From the sequence record PZ445426.1: a stretch of 58,342 nucleotides of DNA; one strand, written 5' to 3'. Shown here piece after piece: positions 38,489 through 48,134 of the stretch. A program made the position numbers and the translations under genes. How positions within the stretch are numbered: the stretch's first letter is position 1; each line of letters begins with the position of its first letter. The notes under the pieces were generated by a model that was not told the origin of the DNA, made no database searches, and saw only the letters and a program-made list of their open reading frames with translations. The stretch is from a phage.

Positions 38489-39216
38489 TAGTTGATACCT
38501 TTCATTTTGTTGATAACAGAACCTAAGTGTGGGACTTCAACCGCATCTAAACGTCCCGAACGATCCTTAGCGATTGTATTAAAGTCCGGTTGAGTTTGCA
38601 AGTAACGATACGAGTTACCTTGCTGATCCTTATTTACATTCAGACGAAATACTTCGTCGAAGAAATAAGGGAGCATTTGCCCCAATTTGGACCCAGGCAT
38701 TGATGGAGCATACGCGGTAACACCGGAGACTTCATCTTTGTCTTTGCCCATTTTAGCAGACATATAAACATGTTTGCCAGGAATATCGCGAAACTTACGG
38801 ATTAGATCTTGCATCTTTTCAAGCAAAGTACCATAAGCTTGACGAGGATCTTTCGTTCCCTTTTTCGCGTTGTTTAAACATTGTTCAGCAATTTCGCTCA
38901 AGCTGTCAAGCGCAATAGAATCGAAATACTGCTGGTTAGCTGGAGTTACGCACCACTGATAAGCCGCTTCAACGTCTTCCAGACATTTCACTTCAATTAC
39001 CGGAATATCGTAAACGATGGGTAAACCCATGTTACCATAAACACGGTTAAGGTTTTCCGCTGCAATAGACAACAGACCGGATTCTGCGCTGATTAAAATT
39101 GGTTTAGGTAATGTGGCTACAAGGCTGGTTTTACCCATACCCGCTTCACCGTAAACCAGAATTTTAACACCTGTGTCCTGCACAACTTGTGAAGACATTT
39201 TAATTTCAATGGCCAT
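38488..39216 (-). CDS. Sak4-like RecA-fold ATPase
   Basis: Walker A YGEAGMGKTS near N-terminus; 242 aa; paired with SSB-like gene. Confidence 0.6.
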   Translation of the reverse strand: MAIEIKMSSQVVQDTGVKILVYGEAGMGKTSLVATLPKPILISAESGLLSIAAENLNRVYGNMGLPIVYDIPVIEVKCLEDVEAAYQWCVTPANQQYFDSIALDSLSEIAEQCLNNAKKGTKDPRQAYGTLLEKMQDLIRKFRDIPGKHVYMSAKMGKDKDEVSGVTAYAPSMPGSKLGQMLPYFFDEVFRLNVNKDQQGNSYRYLQTQPDFNTIAKDRSGRLDAVEVPHLGSVINKMKGIN

Positions 39217-39281
39217 TTAACGCCTCTCTTTTAAGTTCGCGCTCATTGTAACGTAATATACTTTGAACCCTCAATTACTTT

Positions 39282-40196
39282 TTAATCTAAAGCCTGATCA
39301 CTTTCATCGCGGAAATGCATAAAGTTTGCAAAACGCGGTTTATCTTTCACGCCATGAGGGAAGTGTTTATATGAAATAGTCCGACCTTTAATTTTGTCAG
39401 GGTTATTCCAATAATAAATCTTATCCTCTTGCGTTAGTTTACCAGGACTAACGTTGATTGTATTACCCGTCTTAACGTCTTTACAAACCAACGTCCCAAT
39501 CATACCGTTAGGAACTTTATTTTCCTGATGCGAAGATCGTGTAGTCCTGCCCAGCTCGTTAACAGTAGCTTCATTAAGGTTAGTTTCGCCCTCAATAATA
39601 TCAAGGACAATAGCGTCTTCCTGAATAAAGCGTTTAATACGAAGATATCCACCTTCACGAACTGTGCCGCGCCCATGTTTATAAGGCTTGTCAGGATCAC
39701 GGATAATAATACCTTCATAACCCATATCAAGCCAGATATTTTCCCAGTAGAGCAGCTCTTGTAAAGACTTAACCACATACATTGGCACAACTTGCAGGTC
39801 GAGCAATTCACCTTTCGCGTGCTGTGTGGTTATAAAATCTTTCATCATGTTGTAGCGGGCTTCATAGCCCAGCTCTGCAACACTCTCAGCGCACAGATCA
39901 AAGATGTGCCATTTCAGGAACGGTTCACCTTCAATTGTGTTTACCGCACTGGTTGTTTTACGACACAGGTCTGGATCTGTTTCCACCCCTGCCGCAAGCT
40001 CACCGTCATAGCCCATGTATTGAGAACCGCTGAAAATTGCGCTGGTATGGCGGTTTTTAAACAGCTTTAAGCTTCGCCCTACTATCTGCCCGTCCGGATT
40101 TAAACCGCGTACACCGTCGATTTTAGGCAGTATACAGCACGGAAACTTAATCTTTTCTTCAACCGCGTCAGTCGCTAAATGTGGTTTAAATGCCAT
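39282..40196 (-). CDS. ATP-dependent DNA ligase
   Basis: motif I KxDG (LPKIDGVRG); ATG 40196 with GAGG RBS. Confidence 0.7.
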   Translation of the reverse strand: MAFKPHLATDAVEEKIKFPCCILPKIDGVRGLNPDGQIVGRSLKLFKNRHTSAIFSGSQYMGYDGELAAGVETDPDLCRKTTSAVNTIEGEPFLKWHIFDLCAESVAELGYEARYNMMKDFITTQHAKGELLDLQVVPMYVVKSLQELLYWENIWLDMGYEGIIIRDPDKPYKHGRGTVREGGYLRIKRFIQEDAIVLDIIEGETNLNEATVNELGRTTRSSHQENKVPNGMIGTLVCKDVKTGNTINVSPGKLTQEDKIYYWNNPDKIKGRTISYKHFPHGVKDKPRFANFMHFRDESDQALD

Positions 40197-40204
40197 TGTT
40201 AACC

Positions 40205-40828
40205 TCATTCATAATAATCATGTTGATGAGAACTGCCACGTATACCGCAACGTTCTAAAAGTATTGCAGCTTTTTGAGCTTTCTCTTTCATACGGGTATT
40301 ACGGTGTAAATGTCCGCTACCCTTTTTAGGTCTATTTTCCTTTTTCTTTGCTTCGGAAATAAGCTCTTTGCATTCCTGCAAACGGATCTTGCTTCTTTCC
40401 AATCGCATAGCAGAACGCGCACGTTCATCGCAAAATCTTTGGGCTTTACTACGCTGGTCCTGATTACTTGTATGACCTTTAACGTGGCGAAACTCAATAG
40501 TAAGATTATATTTACGAAGTTGATCGTTCAACCATTTGAAAGCTACACCTTCCTGTTCACTTTTCCAGCTTGCCTCTTTATACACTTTAATAGCAGTTGA
40601 ACAATCTGTTTGCACAATTAAATGATCGCCTGGATGGATTAATTTAGCCTTCATTCCCTCCCAAATAACATTACAGATTGCCATTGTTTCAGCTGCATTA
40701 TTATCAGGAGCTCCACGTAACGGTCCACCGTTAGCGTTATTTCCACGGTTACACACTACCCATCCACCGTATCCCGCGGCTTTTGTATTTGGACAAAAAC
40801 TTGCATCGGATATAATTGTTACTCGCAT
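40205..40828 (-). CDS. ribonuclease H
   Basis: ATG 40828 with AGGAG RBS; IISDASF, AAETMAI, IVQTDCS and HVKGHTSNQD match RNase H DEDD/HxxGH pattern. Confidence 0.6.
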   Translation of the reverse strand: MRVTIISDASFCPNTKAAGYGGWVVCNRGNNANGGPLRGAPDNNAAETMAICNVIWEGMKAKLIHPGDHLIVQTDCSTAIKVYKEASWKSEQEGVAFKWLNDQLRKYNLTIEFRHVKGHTSNQDQRSKAQRFCDERARSAMRLERSKIRLQECKELISEAKKKENRPKKGSGHLHRNTRMKEKAQKAAILLERCGIRGSSHQHDYYE

Positions 40829-40871
40829 AATAACTCCTGTTAAAAAGGGGTCTACTGACCCCTTTAGTTTA

Positions 40872-41663
40872 TTACAGTTTGTCTTTGAACTCTTCGATAT
40901 ATTGCTCGATCGGATACTGCTTACGCTTGAAACGATCAAACAAGATTTTAGCTGCGGTTACGTCTTCTTTATTCTCCTTATTTGCGCCAGGAGCCATAAA
41001 ATCACGCCACGTGAAACCGTTCAAAGTATGCATGTTTGCAATGTGTTTATTGTAACGACTTTCCCAGTCCACACGCGGACCTTCTATCTTGCGCAAACCG
41101 CGTCCAAGAACTTGTACATATAAATCTTTCTGATGTTGTACAGCTTCGCTATTATAAGGTCCGGTTTTAAACTCAACAACACTACCGTTAAGATCTACAC
41201 CATCCGCAAAGTTGTGTAGCATAGTTTCAATAACGTCATTCAATGTTGGAACCATCACTTTGCCCTGGGCAATACCTGCCAAATAACCGACATTTTCTTC
41301 ACCGTACAACTCGATCAGTTCTTTCTTGGTCGCTTCTGCTTCTTTGTTTGCGGACAAAGCCAACATCTGTTGTTCGAACATATGTTCCTGTTCCAGGAAG
41401 TGAGCATAACGCTCTTTGTCTACTTTGCACACAATCCATTTATATTCGACATCCTTGCTGAAGTCCGGATACTGATCCACTTCTACTACTTCCGTAGTAA
41501 AAAACTTGCCGTTATATTGAATAACAACAGTATCGCCCGGTTGTAATTCGTCGCTTTCCAGGGCACGGTAGGTATAAAGACGACCACCTGCTTCAAACTT
41601 AACTTTGACAGTTACAACACCTTTTAACAGGGCATGATAAGCTTTCTGAAATTCTTTACGCAT
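40872..41663 (-). CDS. hypothetical protein
   Basis: 263-aa ORF in replication module. Confidence 0.45.
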   Translation of the reverse strand: MRKEFQKAYHALLKGVVTVKVKFEAGGRLYTYRALESDELQPGDTVVIQYNGKFFTTEVVEVDQYPDFSKDVEYKWIVCKVDKERYAHFLEQEHMFEQQMLALSANKEAEATKKELIELYGEENVGYLAGIAQGKVMVPTLNDVIETMLHNFADGVDLNGSVVEFKTGPYNSEAVQHQKDLYVQVLGRGLRKIEGPRVDWESRYNKHIANMHTLNGFTWRDFMAPGANKENKEDVTAAKILFDRFKRKQYPIEQYIEEFKDKL

Positions 41664-41704
41664 TTTAGTTTCCTCTTGGGCGGTTGATCCGCCCGTTAAT
41701 GTGG

Positions 41705-42115
41705 TTAAGCTTTATTTGGAACGATTTCCAGTGACGCAGATCCAACTTTAGATTCAACGCACTGGTTGAAGACTGCGGCTTGCTCCGCTGTAAGTTTACG
41801 CCAAGCCGCGACTTTCAATACAGGTTTATTTTCCACAAGCTGATCAACGTTAACACCAACTTTAATCAGATCGCCCAGGATCCCGTTAAGGCTTGGAAGA
41901 TCAATCTTACGATCAATCTTGTGGGTCATTTTCATAACCCCGCCAGTAATTTCAACTTTATTAGTCCCTTCAGATGGAGCAGGGAAATAGGACTTAATAA
42001 TCTTTTCGCGTAGTGCTCGCTCGCGAGCTTGAAGCTTTTGTAATTCTGCTTTAGTTTTATACCACTCAATTACATCTGCTTCTGTTGCTTGTACTGCTTT
42101 ATCTGCGTCGAACAT
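41705..42115 (-). CDS. hypothetical protein
   Basis: ATG 42115 with GAGGA RBS preferred over track start 42175. Confidence 0.4.
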   Translation of the reverse strand: MFDADKAVQATEADVIEWYKTKAELQKLQARERALREKIIKSYFPAPSEGTNKVEITGGVMKMTHKIDRKIDLPSLNGILGDLIKVGVNVDQLVENKPVLKVAAWRKLTAEQAAVFNQCVESKVGSASLEIVPNKA

Positions 42116-42178
42116 TTTTCTGTCCTCTGTTGTGTTTCGATATATGTATAGTAGCACATCCATGTGCTTAGGCAAGAC

Positions 42179-42772
42179 TTATTTTTTATCTAAATGACGT
42201 GAAGTCATGATCGGATGCGTAGCAGCTTCTTCCTCTGCTGTAACCACATTGGCAGACGTGCCAGTAGACCCGAAGCCGTTAGCACCGCGCTCAGTAGTTT
42301 TGAGCTCGTCTACTTCTACCAGTTGCACGCAAGGCACCTTAATAAGCATAGCTTGCGCAATACGATCACCATGACTAACGGTAAAACTACCATCATGATC
42401 AATAGTAAGCTTAACTTTAACTTCGCCAGTGTAATCGCTATCAATAACGCCCACGCAGTTTGCCAAACGCACGTCATTTTTGAATCCGTGTCCACTACGG
42501 GAATAGACCATAAGCGCATACCCTTTAGGAATATCAAACGCTAGCCCTGTGCGGAATATGTACTCGTTATAGAAATTTATTTGGTCGCAATCGTCTTCGC
42601 TTTTAAGATCCGCGTGCAGGTCAAAACAAGCTGCCCCGGCAGTAGCGAACGCTGGTAGAATTGCGGTGTCTGTTAAGAGCTTCACACCGACCGGAATTGT
42701 GCTTAATGATGCAGCAAGTTTTTCAACATCAATTGCAAAAGAACTTTCTGTGTTATTTAATACGTCAGTCAT
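42179..42772 (-). CDS. dut: dUTP diphosphatase
   Basis: dUTPase motifs: AGAACFDL, YSRSGHG, GVIDSDYTGEV. Confidence 0.8.
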   Translation of the reverse strand: MTDVLNNTESSFAIDVEKLAASLSTIPVGVKLLTDTAILPAFATAGAACFDLHADLKSEDDCDQINFYNEYIFRTGLAFDIPKGYALMVYSRSGHGFKNDVRLANCVGVIDSDYTGEVKVKLTIDHDGSFTVSHGDRIAQAMLIKVPCVQLVEVDELKTTERGANGFGSTGTSANVVTAEEEAATHPIMTSRHLDKK

Positions 42773-42784
42773 AATTTCACCTTA

Positions 42785-43249
42785 TTAAGAATATGTGCCT
42801 GTTTGCACAATGTGATTAATAGCATGTGCTCTGAAGATTTCTCTAAAATCTTCAAGTTCTATTGTGGCACGAATTGGTTCCTTTTTAATATAATGATTGA
42901 ACTCATTAATATCAAAGACGGAAGGGTTCATACATATAACAACTTTCCAACCCGCTCTAGGAATCTTATACATTAAGACCGGGATTTTATTACATTCCTG
43001 TGCAGACTTAACAGTTTGCTTCCACCATGTGTTAACAGCAAGAGTTGCATGGTTTTTAATCTCTACACAATATTGGCAAGTATTATCAATATCCGCACCA
43101 CCTACAGCGGATTGATTTTGTCGCCTTTGTGCAATAGGTTTAGGTGGTAACGGTTTACCAATAAGCTTATGCACTTCAGCATAAATATCGTTGAAAAAAT
43201 CGCAGGCTTCCCTTTCAGCTCTCTGACCTTTTTGACGTATGTTGACCAT
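42785..43249 (-). CDS. putative PD-(D/E)xK resolvase-like nuclease
   Basis: ATG 43249; GADIDNTCQYCVEIK resembles a D...E.K nuclease core; weak call. Confidence 0.3.
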   Translation of the reverse strand: MVNIRQKGQRAEREACDFFNDIYAEVHKLIGKPLPPKPIAQRRQNQSAVGGADIDNTCQYCVEIKNHATLAVNTWWKQTVKSAQECNKIPVLMYKIPRAGWKVVICMNPSVFDINEFNHYIKKEPIRATIELEDFREIFRAHAINHIVQTGTYS

Positions 43250-43727
43250 GATTTGCAAATTCCTTATGTAATTCCAATCTTTTAGCTCTAACCCAAGCTT
43301 TAGCAGCTTGTAAACCTTCAGGTGTAAATTCAAAATATTTTGATACCAGAACACCTCTTACATGTAAGTTTGCATAGTAAACTTGAATACCGTTATGTTT
43401 TGTAATGGTTACACACTTGACACCAGTTTTTGAGTCTTTACGAATAACCATATTATAATTGTTCTGTGAACGATCAGCCAGTCTAAGATTTTCTATTCTG
43501 TTATCGTCTCGAACTCCATTAATATGATCAATTATCATGCCTTCGGGGATATCACCATTGAAGTATTGCCATATTAATCTGTGAGCAAAATAAAATTTCT
43601 TATCAATCTTACCTTGGATATAACCATCCTGACGTCTTGTACCAAATGGTCTTTTATTATATCCGTTTTTATTTCTTTGAAATAATTTGCCATCTATATA
43701 AATAAAACGATCGTTTACATTGATCAT
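43215..43727 (-). CDS. HNH homing endonuclease
   Basis: ATG 43727 with AGGAGG RBS; HRLIWQYFNG...IDHINGVRDDNRIENLRL; preceded by a terminator. Confidence 0.65.
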   Translation of the reverse strand: MINVNDRFIYIDGKLFQRNKNGYNKRPFGTRRQDGYIQGKIDKKFYFAHRLIWQYFNGDIPEGMIIDHINGVRDDNRIENLRLADRSQNNYNMVIRKDSKTGVKCVTITKHNGIQVYYANLHVRGVLVSKYFEFTPEGLQAAKAWVRAKRLELHKEFANHGQHTSKRSES

Positions 43728-43774
43728 ATTTACCTCCTTTATACATATTTTAATATGAAGTAAAATCAATCTCA

Positions 43775-43806
43775 ATAAAAAAGCGCAACGTTTTCACGCT
43801 GCGCTT
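43775..43806 (-). terminator. intrinsic terminator (AAGCGCA-loop-TGCGCTT + UUUUUUAUU)
   Basis: read directly in the intergenic region upstream of the HNH gene. Confidence 0.55.
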
Positions 43807-43907
43807 AGTTTAAATAAGGTACTTGACTATTCAGCTTCCCTTATTTCCGGTAAATTGTACAGCCTCGCCAAAGGCTGGTGACGGTTTGGTACATCTGGCG
43901 CCGTCGC

Positions 43908-44072
43908 GTTAAACATCGTTCACATCGTTCAGTAAGTTGCGGGTTTACCCTGTCCGCTCCAGGAAGCCCAGCGAAAGTAGTTGCTGTAAGGAGGTACAGC
44001 TACCGCTTTCAAGGGCTTGAGTTAAACATCGTTCACTAAGTTAATGTTGTTAAATTGTTAAACCTCGTTAAC
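43908..44072. repeat. three copies of GTTAAAC(A/C)TCGTT(C/A)AC (43908..43923, 44021..44036, degenerate 44057..44072) flanking a nested stem-loop region
   Basis: read directly in a 384-bp non-coding gap. Confidence 0.5.
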
Positions 44073-44111
44073 TGTGGTTATCTTAAAGGATGCAGTCTTG
44101 AATGGCAAGCT

Positions 44112-44426
44112 TCAATTTTGCGCGGTTCCCTTTGCCGCTTTTGGTGCTAAAGTACCATCGTTTAACATCAACTCAAAACCTGTTACTTGATCGGTTGGAA
44201 CAATAGGGTAATTCATAATAGCCATGTGGATACGATGCCCTCCGTCACATTCATCGATGTATTCATTGCCCCAATAGTATAAATGCCCATCTCTTCGGAT
44301 ATCCATTGCCGTCGGGAAATCTACAAGAATTCTTTTGATTTCTTTTCGTCCTTCTTTATGCAGATTAGTTTCAATACGGATAAGCTCCGCATAAATTGCT
44401 TCACAGATAGTATTTACAATTCCCAT
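44112..44426 (-). CDS. hypothetical protein
   Basis: 104-aa ORF; ATG 44426. Confidence 0.4.
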   Translation of the reverse strand: MGIVNTICEAIYAELIRIETNLHKEGRKEIKRILVDFPTAMDIRRDGHLYYWGNEYIDECDGGHRIHMAIMNYPIVPTDQVTGFELMLNDGTLAPKAAKGTAQN

Positions 44427-44478
44427 CACCAGTCCGCCTTTTCTGTTTCGTTAATACATTGTATAAGTTGATCAATAC

Positions 44479-44733
44479 TTACAGCTTAAACTTGACTACT
44501 GTTCTATATCTAGAAAGCTGTGCAATACATTTATTCAATTCACTTATACGGTGTTTAATCCTGAGCGTTTTGCGCAATTGCCCAATATTATTAATTTTCA
44601 GTTTTTCTAACTCTTTTGTTAAATGGTTGAGAAGACTTAATTGGTACTCTAAGATGAACCCTATTCTGAAATATGTGCTAGTAGACTTAGACGGCATCAC
44701 TCTAGGCAACACAGGAAAATCTTTAATGTTCAT
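44479..44733 (-). CDS. hypothetical protein
   Basis: 84-aa ORF with GAGGTG RBS; preferred over overlapping plus-strand ORF 44459..44746. Confidence 0.35.
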   Translation of the reverse strand: MNIKDFPVLPRVMPSKSTSTYFRIGFILEYQLSLLNHLTKELEKLKINNIGQLRKTLRIKHRISELNKCIAQLSRYRTVVKFKL

Positions 44734-44973
44734 TCACACCTCATAATATATACATAAACCAGAAATAACCAGCTACGAAAATAGCACCCGCAAATAATTT
44801 TAAAAGCTCGAACATTGTTCCCTCCGTTAACTTTATGATGTAAGTATAGCAAGACTTACGATGTATGCAACAACTTTAGACTTGAAATACATCTATGAAA
44901 TAGCACGATTTGCCTTTACCTCTGATCCGTCTAGCTGTACTATTAACCCATAAACAGAGCGGAGGATTACAAA

Positions 44974-45198
44974 ATGGTCATGCTGAATAAAGTATATAGC
45001 ACAATGGGCGCGGATTATAAAGTTGTACGTCACCCGCGTACTGGCAAATTTGAAGCATATATCCGTCCAATGGGTGAAGGTTGGATGTATTACGGCACTT
45101 ATGACGACGCTGAGCAAGCTTATGAAGAAGCGGAAAGTGCGGCGGAAGCATCCGAAATTATGGCAAGGTACGACGTCGATGATTACTATCTCAACTAA
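44974..45198 (+). CDS. hypothetical acidic protein (lone plus-strand gene inside minus-strand block)
   Basis: 74 aa; GGAGGA RBS; followed by a bidirectional terminator. Confidence 0.5.
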   Translation: MVMLNKVYSTMGADYKVVRHPRTGKFEAYIRPMGEGWMYYGTYDDAEQAYEEAESAAEASEIMARYDVDDYYLN

Positions 45199-45202
45199 CA
45201 AT

Positions 45203-45230
45203 AAAGGGCCGAAAGGCCCTTTATTTATTT
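45203..45230. terminator. bidirectional terminator (AAAGGGCC-gaaa-GGCCCTTT + T-rich)
   Basis: read directly between convergent genes 44974..45198 (+) and 45225..47561 (-). Confidence 0.6.
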
Positions 45231-47561
45231 GCTTAAGTCTTTGAAAACACTCTCAATTGACTCGTCTATATACCATCCCAACCCCCTGAAATTACGCTTC
45301 AATGCATCCTCACGCGTAACCGGAACAAGCGCGCCCATATCTACAAGTTGTTTGATAGTGAGGTCTGTTGCAGTACCTGCTCCCATCCTGTGATTCTTGA
45401 ATGCTGCTAGCCCGTAGGTTCTGCGTGTGATAGTTGCCTTCGGAATAATACCGTCAACGCGCAGCTCCTTACGATCACATGCAATTTTACCGCCAAGATA
45501 GTCTTTGCAGACCTGACAGATAGCCTTCACACGCGTTTCATCATCACCGCCAATAGTACCTTTTTCCCATGCGTTGATCATGATGTCCTGCCCATGCGTG
45601 ACAAAATCTACCGCCCATTGCATGTGATTGGGTTGAACGACAGGATTGATCCAGTTTTCCCCCACTGCTAACAGGGAGGCGAGACGCAGAGCTTTAAGGT
45701 GAGCACGGTTCCACGGCTGACGAATTGCTTCGTCTTTTGTTGCGTTAATGTGTTCATCGCACAACAAGTTAAACTCCCGCTCAATCCTTGCAGCTTCCGG
45801 GCTTAACTGGACGGTAACGGTCTGAAACTTTGCCATTGTCACTAACGTGTGGTTAACAAGATGACAGACCATGTCCTTTAATTGTTGGGGCATTGTAATT
45901 TCAGGATTCTCGTTTGCAGGAACACGATCCCCTTCATATTGCACAATGTGGAAACGGGACAAGAAACCGTCTTCCATCATTTCACGTGTTAACGCTTCAA
46001 AGAAGGTGTCTGGTGTTGTTTCGCCCAGCACGCTGAACGCCACCCCTTCCATCGTTTTGGTATTATTAGCCTTATCAGAATATCCGATACCGCCAACAAC
46101 ATCCATCGCACCAGATTTTTGATACACATCTGTGATAGTTTGCTTCAGGGTATAGTTTGCAGTGCCAGGTTGAGCCGTTGCCATACCTTTAATGGTTTTA
46201 CCAAACTCACCGTTAATATTCACAAACGAAGTGTGATCCGCAAAACTTTTACGCAAGGCAGGACCGGAAGCATAGTTAGTCATGTCTACAAATTCATGCA
46301 CTTGCGGTAATTGCTCCCCTACTTGCTTACAGATATAGCTGGGCCCAGCGTGAAGCATTTCTTTGCCCACACCTGATCGGGCAATGAGCACAAAGTAACC
46401 GTTCAACCCTGTGTTGGTGATAGTATTCCATACCTTACCGCACACACCAGACAGAAATGCTAACGATGCGGTGATTGCAATTTCTTTAACCGGACGTTGC
46501 GATGCTTTGTAGATGTACTTCGCAAGCTCCCCAGCAAGCCCCGGCGGCCACTCAATAGCGGTTGCATCAATAGACGTACTTTCTGCGACCACTATTTCAC
46601 CAGAAGGGCTAACTGTGGTTACAGGCATCTCTGTTACTTGCTGCATTGTGCTGTGTGCTGCTTGCATACGGGCAGCGTAATCCCGCGCCAGCGCCGCTAC
46701 GTTTTCCTGGGCAATGCGCTCACGCTCCATGCGACCTCGACACATACGCAAGCAACGGTCAATATGAACATTGTTCTTATTAGCCTTCTCACGTTTGCCC
46801 AGTGCACTGTAACGAAATAAACGGCGACATTGCTCATTACTTTCCGTGTAGAATGCATACATAGAAATAAGGGCAAGGTCTGCTTCAGACTGGGAGGGGA
46901 ATCCCATTTCAACCCATTCACCATTAAATAACCGCGCATACTTATCGCCGTTATCTGCTTCAAGTGCACGCTGGTGAATAGTTGCATCATCTTCTACCGG
47001 ATCTTTTTCTACCAGTTCAATTTCATATGTCTTGCGCTGAAGATCAATTTCATTCACAAGCATAGTAAGGTAATGATCACGTTCTGCAACTGGTTTGTTG
47101 TAGACGGGATTACCCGTGCAGATAATAAAACGCTCCTGACTATAAACCTCGACACCATCACGTCGACGACCTTTACCGATGTTACCTCTTAACCACAGGT
47201 GAACACCCAAGCCTGAGCGACTCACTTCGGTGTAAGTATCGAACGCAGTCATGATCTGTTCGAAGCGGCGCAACTGCTCCGGCGTCGTGTGCTTCTTGGG
47301 ATCAGGTTCATTGGTTGCATTCTTCACATCCAGGTCGATGCAGGTGAACGGGTCTTGTGCAGTAAGCACGAAGCCAATATAAGGTTTATTGAAATGAGCG
47401 GCGCAACCTTTGGCAGCTTCAAACGTCATAAGGATATCCGGATCGGTAACGTCCGCCGCCATCAAACGTCCGATATCGTTGTCCCATACAAGCGGCTTTT
47501 TATCCGCATCGGCCACCGCCCATTGTGGGAAAGCTTTAATTTCAGCGGGAAACAGTTCCAT
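45225..47561 (-). CDS. primase-polymerase (Prim-Pol, AEP superfamily) with C-terminal extension
   Basis: Prim-Pol motifs: CIDLDV (DxD), SRSGLGVHLWL (SGxGxH), ERFIICTGN; 778 aa. Confidence 0.65.
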   Translation of the reverse strand: MELFPAEIKAFPQWAVADADKKPLVWDNDIGRLMAADVTDPDILMTFEAAKGCAAHFNKPYIGFVLTAQDPFTCIDLDVKNATNEPDPKKHTTPEQLRRFEQIMTAFDTYTEVSRSGLGVHLWLRGNIGKGRRRDGVEVYSQERFIICTGNPVYNKPVAERDHYLTMLVNEIDLQRKTYEIELVEKDPVEDDATIHQRALEADNGDKYARLFNGEWVEMGFPSQSEADLALISMYAFYTESNEQCRRLFRYSALGKREKANKNNVHIDRCLRMCRGRMERERIAQENVAALARDYAARMQAAHSTMQQVTEMPVTTVSPSGEIVVAESTSIDATAIEWPPGLAGELAKYIYKASQRPVKEIAITASLAFLSGVCGKVWNTITNTGLNGYFVLIARSGVGKEMLHAGPSYICKQVGEQLPQVHEFVDMTNYASGPALRKSFADHTSFVNINGEFGKTIKGMATAQPGTANYTLKQTITDVYQKSGAMDVVGGIGYSDKANNTKTMEGVAFSVLGETTPDTFFEALTREMMEDGFLSRFHIVQYEGDRVPANENPEITMPQQLKDMVCHLVNHTLVTMAKFQTVTVQLSPEAARIEREFNLLCDEHINATKDEAIRQPWNRAHLKALRLASLLAVGENWINPVVQPNHMQWAVDFVTHGQDIMINAWEKGTIGGDDETRVKAICQVCKDYLGGKIACDRKELRVDGIIPKATITRRTYGLAAFKNHRMGAGTATDLTIKQLVDMGALVPVTREDALKRNFRGLGWYIDESIESVFKDLSK

Positions 47562-47842
47562 TATTTACCTTCGTTAGCAATCACTTTTAACAGGGATGTA
47601 ATCACATCCTTAACTTTATCAACAGTGCTGAAAGCTGTATCTAACGTGGCATAGGTGCCAATGTACTGATATTCATCCATGACTCTGATAAATGCGCGGT
47701 ATTGTGTATTTCCACCTTTTAATTCTGCCTCCTGATCCACAGGTTCAAAATAAGCGCATACATCCTCAAATTGTCCTTCTCCCAGCCATGGAGCAGGGAA
47801 TCGAATCATCTCTTTACCTATAAATGGAATTTTTCTAGCCAT
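47561..47842 (-). CDS. hypothetical protein
   Basis: ATG 47842 with GGAGG RBS; stop overlaps primase start. Confidence 0.4.
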   Translation of the reverse strand: MARKIPFIGKEMIRFPAPWLGEGQFEDVCAYFEPVDQEAELKGGNTQYRAFIRVMDEYQYIGTYATLDTAFSTVDKVKDVITSLLKVIANEGK

Positions 47843-48134
47843 AAATCTGTTTCCTCCGCCATTCTTCATATGCTGAATTATTTGCATCGTATACTTCGCA
47901 AGCGTCTTTCATGCTGTCATACAGTCCAAGGAAAGTTCGCCTTGTTTCTCCGCCTACGTCTACCCATGTTAATCGGGCGAGCCATTTACCCGTTTTGTGA
48001 TCGAAAGTAACGCCCTCACGCCCGCTTACATTTTCCCGCGGCACTCGGGGCTTTCGGCGTGCGAGCCCACGACCTTTGAAATTACTGCCCGGGACAGTCC
48101 TGCACTTACGACCCACGACCAACCTCCGGCACAA
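47835..48134 (-). CDS. AP2-like DNA-binding domain ORF (no ATG start; possibly fused to upstream HTH ORF)
   Basis: GVTFDHKTGKWLARL...LGLYDS resembles an AP2 domain; track start is TTG and overlaps the HTH ORF in another frame. Confidence 0.3.
   Translation of the reverse strand: MCRRLVVGRKCRTVPGSNFKGRGLARRKPRVPRENVSGREGVTFDHKTGKWLARLTWVDVGGETRRTFLGLYDSMKDACEVYDANNSAYEEWRRKQIYG

Noticed and set aside
44459-44746. 95-aa plus-strand ORF
   Set aside because: Overlaps a minus-strand ORF with a better RBS in a minus-strand operon
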